From Haliotis rufescens (Eukaryota): 64,000 nt of DNA. The stretch covers positions 20,336,001 through 20,400,000 of the forward strand of contig NW_025963890.1 of assembly GCF_023055435.1 (NCBI RefSeq), written 5' to 3'. This document shows, one piece after another, positions 24,801-36,800 of the stretch (the first letter of the stretch is position 1; each line of letters starts with the position of its first letter). Under the pieces are notes generated by a model. It had not been told where the DNA came from and did no database searches. It saw only the letters and a program-made list of their open reading frames with translations. Both the position numbers and the translations under genes were made by a program.

Positions 24801-27800
24801 CATCGGCCATGTACACCAGGAGGCCATTCTCTGCATATGTCTTGAATTTGAGAATGACATCGATTGTTTTGTCTGGCCGAAGTCCAAGCGCCGCCTTGCT
24901 GAGGATTACATACCCCTTGCCATTGAACCGCAAACCATTAGAGCTGACACTCTTCATCACATCCCTGAAAAAACAAATATGCAGAGCAATGTTAAAGAAG
25001 GCTCACTCATGGTTGACCTAAGATACAGATACTTGCCTGCAAAAAGAAGTATGATAATTAAGTTACATCTGTCAAATGTGATACATCTTTCTTGTGAGGC
25101 TATTTAATGGACAACCTCATAGTTTGCTCAATGAGCATGATGGGTCTTGTTTCAGCAAATACTTCAGCTACAGCTGCCAACCACGTTTAGGAGTTGGAAG
25201 TTTGAATTAATACCAGAAGTGTGTCTTGTTTGTTTGTTGTTTAACGCCACTCTCGGCAATACTCCAGCTATATCACATCGGTCAGTAAATAATAAAGTCA
25301 GGACCAGACAATCCAGTGATTGACATCATGAGCATCGATCCACGCAATTGGCGAGCCTGACAGCCCGATCCCTTTAGTCCCCTCCTACGACAAGCATAGA
25401 TGCCTTTTATGGCAAGCATGGGTTGCTGTAGACCTATTCTACCCCGGATCTTCACAGGTCACCAGAAGTGTGCTGCTAAGGCCACCCAACATTCCATGAT
25501 ATTTCATTGGATGTAATGTAGGACCTTTCGTGCCAAAGGCATCCTACAGGTTGATCATCCTCATTATGTGCAAATGCCCAAAGCATCCAGCAGGTTAATC
25601 TTCCAAGCTAATCAATGTACACCACTGTACTCAGATAGTAATATCCAGAGCAAAGCAAACTACCTTGACACTATGTAAATGCATGTACAATTGCCAAATA
25701 CCTTTCATTCTCTCCATAATAGTTGTTCTCTGCCATAATGAAGTTCCAGAGACCAAGAGACTGCTCATCAAACTTGAGATCCTCCATGACACCAATGTAC
25801 CTCCTTCCATTAATGCTACTTGGGAGCTGCAAGACACAAAAGTGGCAATTTCTTCATGCACTGAACTCACATTATACCTCCAAGGAGCTCATAACAGAAA
25901 ACTTGTACTTTTATATTCATGCTGTTTCCGATAATTACAATTATCTGGCATCAGCAAACATGGAGGAATTTACTTCATGATAAACTAAGTCATTATTCTC
26001 AGTTTAACATTCATCAATGAAACAAAGCAATACAAATGCATAGCAGTGAAATCTAAATATGTTTTACATTTGTTTACTTATCCTACATTACCCTTTAATA
26101 CATTTACTGCTTCTTTTGACAGAAAAAGCAGGATCAAAAGGGGATGAGGGGATGCTGAAATGGGGTCCTGATGTTTGTCCATGCAAAAGGATTAAAAGGA
26201 GCGCCATGTGTCCTCATAGAGTCTCCGCGTAGAAGGTCCATGTGCCATGGCTATGGCTTTAGCTGCTCTTGCCGTAAGCTCTTTTGAGATGGTTCAAGCG
26301 TACAGATGAAATCTTCCTGACGACGGAGGTTTGGCTATCCAGTTTGTCCCATGGGATTGTTCTTGGCAAGGTTTCTGAGGTCCACAACCCACCCACTCAC
26401 CTGTCACCAAGGGGCATCCAAAATCAGAGTAAGTCCAATCTTCTGTATAACCTTGAGAAGAAGTATAGGAGGCTGAAAAGCATACGCTCTTCGTCCTTTC
26501 CAAGGGACACAGAGCATTTACAGCCCACATCTGCGGATCCGGAACCAGAGAGCTGTATGGAAGTTCTGGCTGGTGGCAAACAGGTCAATGTTTGGTTGCT
26601 CAAGATGCTGCCTAATCAAGCTGTGGAAGCCATCTTGTCTCGCTGGGAAAGAGCAAGATGTTCTGACACCATGGGATGTGTTGAACCAAGAATTGCAGGT
26701 CTAGACGATCCATCAAGTGAAAGAATCTGAACGTCTGCTGCAGCAGAGAGTGGGAGTGAGTCGTTCCCTGGTTTCATAGACACCAAACCACCGTGATGTT
26801 GTCGGTTGAGATGGCTAGCTTAGCATTCTGGAGGCAAATCTACCAGTGGGATATTGCTTGAATGAGTGCCTTCAGCTCCAGGTTGTTGATATGCTATGTG
26901 CGCTGCACGTCGAACCACAGCCCTGAAGCCGTCTCGTCCTCCAGGTCAGCACCCAAACCTTGTGGTAAGGCGCCTGCAAACAGGTGTGATGTAAGCCATT
27001 CGACTCTCTTGTCCATCAAGTGGGATGAGGCTTGAAGTTGGACTGTAGAGCATTGGACACCCATGGGTCCTGACGTCTGATTCATAGAGTAAAGAGACCT
27101 AGGAAATCCTGGTCCTGAGTATTCTCAAGGTTGTCATTCAGAAGTATGGGGGACGCTCTAGGTATTGCTTGTTGAAGATGGAGAAATTGGTGTTATGCCT
27201 GGGGTGCTCATAATTTCTATCGCTTTCTTGGTCAACAATGTGTCGATGTTGGCCACCAGAAGTTGATGTTGCTTTGTGGGTTAAACGAGGGAGCTGTAGT
27301 CAGAGGCGATGACAGGGAGAGGAGATACCCATATGTCACAATTGTCTGTAGCGCAAGATGTTTGTGACGTATGAGTCTTCTAAGATTCTGCCAGAGGAGA
27401 CCTAGTGTCACCAGACACCAGGAGTGTCGACAACTTAGAAGACTAGGGGTGGGAGGTCCCAGTCGTTGTTGTCCGGGTGTTCACTTTTCCCCTTCCTGTC
27501 CCCACCACTGCCTTGAAACTTGCCACAGTGGGGACTGTGACTTCCCTTTTCGACGCCCCTTTCCTTGAAAAGATGACTAGTTCCGAGCATGGTCTTTCAG
27601 GAAGGAGCACCAAGCACAGTAGTTACCAGTCTGAGAAGAGCGCTGAGCCAAGTACTCCATGGTGCCTTGACGGCTGTTTCATCTTGTGCATCCCAAGATT
27701 GGATGTCCTATATCTGGCCATTGAATATGCCATACAGGTATCGATGTTTCGAGGACCCATCATCCGATGAAGATCCAAGTCTAAGATGTGAACACTCTCT

Positions 27801-30800
27801 GCCACCTTGAAAGCATGGATCGGGAAGTCCTCCCTCTTGAACTTGGGCGCCTTGAAGGCTGGAGTGAAGGAGAGCTGAGTGAAATCTTCATCCAGTACAC
27901 TATTCAAATCCTTGAGCATAGGATCTGCAGGAATGGATGTGGGCTGTGACCATATCTTGTCATTCTTGTCCACTCCATAGCAAGTCGGTTGGCCCAACAT
28001 TTACAGAGGTTACAGGATTAAAAGTAAGCTAGACAAAAGTTAAAAACACTTTAGAAGCCAAGAAGACGTTTTAGGTAAGTAGGTAAGGTGATATACATAA
28101 TTACATAATAAGCTATTGGGGAGGGGGAGGTGTGTGACACTATGTACGATATTAACGATATGTTAATATTCAAAATGGCAGATTGGAACAACAAAGTACA
28201 TGAGGATTACTGTGGCTACAAGTCACCATCACATGCAAAATATTATTGCAAAAGAAACAAGCGTATATTCGACGAAGTCATCTATATCCCCTGCCCATTT
28301 TAACATGTTATGGTCCCAAACCAGGTAACTAACCCAACATTTCTCTTAGCCCATGTCAAAATAGCTGCAATGGAAATTCTAAAATAAACATTTCTAAAAC
28401 TCCTTAATATCAATTGGCACCAGTTCAGTATGTGCTTTATATATAGACATGCAATGTTTGGCAAGGAAATGTTTAACAGTTAAATTTGTTATACTCCGTA
28501 AGTTAACCCTAACCTATATTAAAACTTAAATCCAACTTGTTGCCATGGAAACATAAAAAATAAAAATTCCTCAGTAGCAAAAGGCACCAGTTCAGTATGT
28601 GCCTGGTAGACATGGAAAGTCTTGTAAGAAGGTATTTAACAGTTTTTGAGTTACGCTCCGGAAATGAACACCGCCCACCGTCCAACTTGTTGCCATGGTA
28701 ACAAAAATAATAACTAAAATTTCAAAAATTCGTAAATAGCAAAAGGCACCAGTTCAGCATGAGTCTGATAGACATGCAAAGTTTCATCAGGAACTATTTC
28801 ACGGTTTCTGAGTTATGCTCATGAAACAATTTCGCACGCACGCTGGAACCCATTTCAATATACGGGGATAACAATACATGGTGGAATGTGAAAACACCAA
28901 CTGGATGATGGAGATAATTAACATAGATTTCATTCAGAATGAACAATCAAACAGGATGAACTAAGAGGAGCTGGACAATTTTATTGGACCCAACTTGTCA
29001 GTCTGGTGACTATCAGTAATGTGAATATACGTAATGTCATCACTATTCCCATGGTCATGTGGGCACTGTGTGATAGGGTCTGCCTCAAATCTTTGGAAGA
29101 CCATCTTCTACAGCTGGACATCACACAGCATCGTTTTTTTGTCAAAAGAAAGGAGTAATGCAGGATAAGTTAAAATCTTGTGTTTATCTGTTGCAATAAA
29201 TCCTTCAAATCAAAATTTCAAACATACAGTGATTATCTCTTTTTCACATATTCGAGACCACCTACCATTACTCCAGTTGGTGCCCCTCCCACATAGAAGA
29301 CTGCAGTGGCAGGGTGAAGTCCCAGTACTGTGAATGTCCCCTGAGATGTGCCCTCAACATTGTCGTCCTCCTGTTTGTCTGTCTGGATTTTCAGGTAGCC
29401 AGTCTTGCCAATCCTCAAAACAAGAGACTCAACCCATATATATTGTGTACATATAACAAAACAGCAGCACCTTAGAACTGTAGCGCAACTGATTACAAAG
29501 GCTAAGACAAGATAGTTAAGATTGCTGTTGACATAAGCAATATATAATATCAAGGAAGTGGTTGTTAATTTTCAATAGGAAAAATCTGCTATAGATATAC
29601 ATATAAAAGCAAACATCAGAGTTTGTCTCCACAAACATAAGACAGGAGATGGGACAGAATCAGGGGTCCGGAAACCGTCATATGCGCCGGACATGTCCGA
29701 TTGGGAATCTCAAATGTCCGTTTTAAAATATTGCTTACCGGACATTTTAAAAAGTATTGTCCGGACATTCTTAAATTTTGACCGGACATGATCATCAGTT
29801 AGGACTGAGCAGTTTCTGTCTGCAGTTGCAACACAATGAAGATTAACTACACTGACAAGCTTTGTTTGTTTTGATTGCTGTAAATACATCGTACCAACAT
29901 GATAGTCGAATCGGTCAATCACTGTAATAGGCAATAAACTGAGTTGACACTGATTAATTGAGGATTAATTACTGAGAACATCTTGTTAATTTGAGTGAAA
30001 GGTGTTTACAACTGTACATTAATACCTTGCATCATCGATGTACCTCATTATCCTCACAATACTACGATACGTAACCTCAGACAAGAAGCGAAAGCGTGAC
30101 GACAGCCAGTCGACCGATGCAGATCAGTCGAGCGGATCTGCCAAACCCTCAAAGTCTGGACGATCATTTTGTAAGTCGTGGCTAACGACTTTCACTTGGT
30201 TGACATACAATGAGGATTTGCAGATTTTATTTTTTTCAGTAGCTAGTCATATATTGAATCTTGATTGACCGCCATTTTGCTTTCTCGGACGATCGATATC
30301 CAATTTTTTTATGGTCAATAATAAAGTACAGATGAAAAAAGTATTCAAATAACTATTGCTATCAACGATATTTTAGTATTTGTGATTAAATTATCTGTCT
30401 TGTTTTTAAAAAAATCTTTAGTTAAAAAAAAACACTTTTCCCGTGAGGTCACGTGATAACCAAATATGGGATAATAGTCTCGATCCAAATGTTACAACGC
30501 GTACACTTGAGCAGACTCATGAATATAACTCATGAATATTAATTAGACCGTTCACTACGTTAACAGATCGTTATTATAACAGAAACAAACGTATGTTTTC
30601 CATGTAAATCTAAAATGATATTATTTGTTATTAATTGTCCGGTGAATTAAACAATTTAAATTGAAACAATTCATAATTCATCATATTATGAATACGTAAA
30701 CTTGTAATGTGTGTGAAAAGTCATACTAAAAACGCTATTTGAAGGGGGCGTGGCCTAAATGCAAATGTCCGATTGGGATTTTAAATTTTCCGGACCCCTG

Positions 30801-33800
30801 GACAGAATAGTGCTTATTGTTCTATAACCAAAAAGAAAAAGTAATTGTCATAGAAAAACAGAACTGCTATTTACAATGTCATTAATAAGTAGCAGTAGTC
30901 TTGTATTGTGTGGGAATAGGTTGAACATTTACTGTCATGTACCTAATGACATGAGAAACTTATCCTGGTTGTTGTTTATCAACACACATATTAATATTCC
31001 ATCTATGTGATGACAGCATGTAAATAATCAAGTCTGGACAAGACAATCCAGTGATTGATATCATGATCAACAATCTTCGCCATAGGGGTATGATGAAATG
31101 CAATCAACCAAGCACAGAGTCTGACTACCCAATCCATTTTGTCCCCTCTTACATTCAGCAAAGGTTGCTTGGGACCTATTCATAATCCGGAATACCCACA
31201 TGGGGCAGAGAAACTTATCCTGACCTTGTGGCGGTGAGCTGATGCCATTGGCCATCGTTGTAGGTTTCAGGGCTGATTATAGTGGCAGGACCAGACCCAA
31301 GGTCAAACCGGAACACAGCCTGGCCCTTCACCAGTTCCAGGGCAATGTAGTCGTCCTGAAACAAAATCACAAATCTTAGGCCATAATAAACTAATAAGTA
31401 GATTTAGAAAAGTGAGACATATTTTTATATTTTTGTAATTGTCTAAAACTGTTCAAGGCATATGCGTGTACTGACTGTCAATAAATGTGATTCACATAAT
31501 GTGTGTATGCTTGGTAGGACAATGTTTGTTTGTTCGTTTGTTGTTTAACACCATACTCAGCAATATTCCAGCTATATGACGGCGGTCTGTAAATAATCAA
31601 GTCTGGACCAGACAATCCAGAGACTGACATCATGAGCATCGTTCTACACAACTCGGATATGATGATATACATCAACGGAGTCAGCGACCCTGAAGGCCTG
31701 ATCCTGTTAGTAACCTCTTACAATGAGTATAGTCGCCTCTTACAATAAGTATAGTTGCCTTTTACGGCAAGCATTGTCGGCTTTTATGGCAATCAGGGCT
31801 GGTTGAAGACCAATTCTAACTGGGAATCTTCATGGGTGTGGAAGGACTATGAATATGGTATATTTCTTAAGTAAAGAAAGAAAGAAAGAAGAAGAAAAAC
31901 AGTGATTTTCTTTGCCAATATTTGGAGACAATAATAAATAAGACTCAGTGTTTGTAGTGAAGCAGGTGGGGAGAAAATCTAGTGAATAATTCATTATCAC
32001 CTAATTGAAGGCAATCTTATACAGACAATGCAGCTGTCAACTCGGTACAAGATGGGACTTGTCTTTGTGATGTTACTGGTCATTTGAACCGAGCTCTACA
32101 GTAACATTTACACTTACCGGTAATCAAACTGTCAAAAACAGCCCTATTTCAAAGAATCATGATTTGTCGTGCACTGATTGAACATTTCAGTATTTATCCA
32201 GCCATCACTCAACTTACTTGTCTGCCTGATCTCTGGTCTCCTCCCATGTAGTAGAGCAAACCATCTTCTTGGGTGGTCTTGAAGAACAGGGAGATCTTGC
32301 TGTAGGATCCTGCTTGCTCCAGATTGGCTGGGTTACGCAGTGTCAGACTTGTGTTGCCCACAAATCGGATTCCAACTCGGATCTGTAAAATAAAGCACAA
32401 CCATAACCAAATTCTTACAAAAGATACTGCTGTGCTCTCCTATTTACATGCTTAAACGATAGCACAAATTTCAACCAGACACAATTAATCTGAGATAACA
32501 TTGTCATCATAATTTTCTGAATGTTGCCAAGAAAGATTGTCCTGCTGAAGGAAATTCTTGTCCAGTTGAAGGATAATTCTCTGTTGATTTAATGTTGCGA
32601 GATCATTATTGCAACGACTGTTACCCTGTTAGCTTCGTCTCTGGCCAGTGCTATCTTCTCCTTGAGCTGCGCCATGTTGATGTTGACCCTGCTGCTGATG
32701 CCTGTCATGTTGCGAGCCTGCTCTCCCAGGGGGGTTAGAAGGAGGGTCAGACGACGGACGTCTCGTGCACTGTTCACTGAAACAATTTTTCAATCCTCCA
32801 TGCTAAGAAAGAGTCAAATGCCTACATGTATGCATGTAGTAAGGGAGACAGTGAAAGTCCCTTTTAGCCGTAGTCAGTAGCATTGTTTTGTTATAACAGC
32901 CTGTAACATGTTATCTGGCCTGGACCAGAGGTTAATCATTTGAACATGACACCATACAAGTACAATCACAAACACAATTAACATAAGCCCCAAAATAATC
33001 TTTTTCTTCATCTAAAAATATCTCCTCCAAGTGATTTAGTAAAATCTAAATATTTTTTACATTTGTATATTTATCCTGCATTACTCCTTAATGTATTCAC
33101 TGCTTACCCTGTGACAAAAAGAATGATGGTCCTGGGTGAAGATGAATAAACTGTTCTTGAATCCATCTTTTATACCATGCCATCGCCGTCCCTGTGACCT
33201 CACGTGACCTAGGTCACCTCTTCACATCACTGCCAGTAGCTCGAGCTTGAAAAACATACTTATGAGGTTTCTGAAGCCAAAGGGAGGCAAGGGAGGTTCT
33301 ATCTATGTGAAAAAAAAATTGCACATAGGAATTAAAGAGTAGTTCCCTATACATCTTTAGTAATAAAGACATATAGCTCATCAGCCAAATCTTTACTTAC
33401 TCGAAAAATTGAGCCCTGTGGACAATTGCTTGTCTAATATTCTTCCACTGGCAAAATCTGATCGACTGCACCAGAAAGGGAAAGGCTCTGTATAGGTCGA
33501 GTTCATTATTTGCGTGGAGGGTTGGTAACTTGCTGAGCTGCAACCAATGGCCCAAAACTGTACACCTTCATCGTCCTCGAGTCACATCACGAACATATTG
33601 ACTGGCGAAAACTGTGTCAGACCTCCAAAAATATCCTTCGATGATTATTTTAATAGTACAATTGCTGTGTAAGGCCATGGTAGAGGCTAGTGCCCTGATC
33701 TCATGAGGATTAATCGCTCTTGGTGGATATAAACTGGTGATCGAATAGGCCTGAAGGATGACTGCACGTAACCATAGAGATATGGTGTTGCGACTGACTT

Positions 33801-36800
33801 CGGTCGGGACATAGCAGATACGGGTATAAATAACCGCTTCCTGGAACTACGCCTACTCTTGGAACAGCGGATGAAAATTCGCAGTGTCCGTACCGTACAT
33901 AATATTATAAGTTCACCCTCATCTTCACTACCCACAATTGTTGATAATAGTGGAATGGTGAAGGAACGATCAGGTTTGCCTGGTAATTGATTCTTAGCAA
34001 TAAAATCCCAGCACAACCCGAGATGCACCGCTCCGTGCGTCCCATGCTCAAAACGAACCCAGGTGATGTCGATCGCATGTAGTTCACTCACCCGTGCCAC
34101 TGTGGCTAACGCCAAGAGAAACACTGTTTTCTTGGTGAGGTCATAAAAAGAGGATGCATAGAGGGGCTCGAAGGGGCGCCCTTGCAAACCTCGAAGTTCA
34201 AATCCCATGCAGGTGGGCGGAACTTGGTCTTCTGATCCTCAAGCCTGAATGAGCGTAATAAGGCCTGTAGGTCCGGGACCTCAGTCATCTTACTCTTATC
34301 CGGAACGGCCAACACTGAGTTCAGTGCAACCAAATACGTAGTAATGGTGCTCCCTTTCAAGTGTCTTTGGGTAAGCAAATGTAGGAGGTATTCAGCTAAA
34401 AACTGAGGTGACGCATAAGTAGGGTCTTGACTTTTTGCCTTGCAAAATGTTTCAAATGATCCCCACTTGTCATCGTAAAGGCTTCTCGTAGAGGAACGAT
34501 GAGCTAACGTTAAAGCCTTTGCTGCCCATGCCGAAGAGCCCTTTGCACTTAACACCTTTTTAAGATGAACCAACCATGCAGACGGAACCTGTCTGGTGTT
34601 GGATGAGGCAATTTGCTGTGAGGATGGATAAGTAGGTTGGACCACTGTTGGAGGGGTAGTGGATCGTTTTCTGCTAGATTTCTGAGCTCGACGAACCACC
34701 CTCTCACCGGCCACAAAGGCTCGACCAAAGTCAGAGCAAGTGTCCTTGTCTCCTTGATCTTTTGTATTACCCTGGGAAGTAAGACTGGTGGCGGAAAGGC
34801 ATACGCTTTTAGTCCTTCCCAAGGGATGCTGAACGCATCCACCGCCCAAGCCTTCAGATCAGGTAACAGGGAGACATACGTCATGAGTTGGTAATTTTGG
34901 CAAGTTGCAAACAGGTCAATGTTTGGTTGCCTGAACTTCCAAAGCAGTAACTGAAATGCTTCTGTGTGAAGTTTCCATGCGATAAGGCATCAGACAGAAT
35001 GTTTTGACATCCGGGGATGTGCTCAATGGTGTAGGCATGTGTGTGGCTTTGATTTGCGCTACCCCCATGAGGCATCTTGAGACACAGGTGCACTGTTCGC
35101 AGATCTAGCAGATGTAGAATTCTCAGATGACTACAAATTAGGGTCAATTATAATACTCACAAGATCCTCTGGATTAGAGGATTTCGGCGGAACGTGCACT
35201 TACGCACAGTAACAGCCAACATATTACCCGTCAAAGATAAAGGTTGCGTCGTAATGACCGAATCCTGTCCCTCGCTAATCAGCGATTGGATCTTCCTAGT
35301 CTCACGATGGGATTGCTGCAAAATATGTTTGTGACCTGCCTATACCTTGTAAAACACTTTGGAGAGAGATTTACACAAAAATCACATTTAGAATTTGGTG
35401 CACAAATTTGCGTACATGTGAAACAACGTGGATGAGGGTCTTTAATAGATTTTTCTCCACAACAATTAGTACAACACGCAAGCATAAGTTATGCAATAAA
35501 GATACTTTGATGAAAAGGGACTGGAAAAACTGCTGTAGACAATTAATAATTTAACGGCAAATTTTGTAACAAGTTGAAAGTGTATTCAATGATTTGTATA
35601 TACGCAACTCAATGCTAGTAGTATTCAAAGCTGGTAGTATTCAAACACACATGAAATATGTTATACATACATAGCTGAGAATTGTAAACAAATTGACTAC
35701 CCTGGCAGGCAAACAATTGTAACACAATTCAAAATGGCAGGGAACAGGTAGCACGTGGTGGGAAAATAAGACAAAGTCTTTTTACGCCTAAATAAATCAC
35801 ATACAACTTCACAACATGTTGAAAGTAATATGAAAGGAATACATCACATGTCGCAGAGGAATTTTACAATAGTAGACAAAAACTGAAGGTCTAAATAAAT
35901 CCAAAACGAGAGCTCTGCTGGTACACGTCCTAGCTGTAGCGCGACAGGCAGTGATGTGAAGAGGTGAAGAGGTGACCTAGGTCACATGAGGTTACAGGGA
36001 CGGCGACGGCATGGTATAAAAGAGGGATTCAGGAACAGTTTATTTATCTTTACCCAGGACCATCGCTGGGGCCCTGTCCCAGTTTTTTGGTCACAAGGTA
36101 AGCAGTGAATGCATTAAGGAGTAATGCAGGATAAGTAAAAAATACACAAAATACCTAGGTAGATCACATTTACACATTTCAGTGAATTTACACATTTCAG
36201 AAAGGGAGGTTTCATGGGGTTCTGTCACTCCTGGTGACATGTCACGTCTCCAACCTTGTTTCTGAACCCCCTCCAACAGCCGTTTGGTAGCAAACTTCTG
36301 GTTGGTGAGCTGCTCGAGCTTGCTCTTGTCTTCAGGCAGCAGGAACAGGATTGACTTCACGCGCTCCTGCGCACCTCCAGCACGCGAGTTAGCATCCAAT
36401 GATTCATTCGTCACCTTCATAGCTCGATCTCCAGAATCACCTGAGGTAAAGTGAAGTATTGTAAGCTAAGCAGGGACATATGGTACACAGAAATGAACAC
36501 ATCAGGAAATCCTGATCTTTTGTCTGTTTCTAAAGGTCTTTTACCATTAGCCTATCTACATCCATTTACAAAGTAATTTACAGTCTCAACATGAAGATTA
36601 CATACGTGAAGGTAGGTCGCGAAGAGCAGCTGTAACTTCATCCAAGTCCTCCTCTGTTTTCAAAGTCATCAGATCGAGGCTGGCCGTGGCAGTGACAGCT
36701 CTGTTCAGTTTATCAAGCAGGTCTGTCAACAAAACAGCCTCATCCTTATCTCCTCATGCTATGTTACTTTAAACATACACCCCGTTCAACAAAGTCCTAC

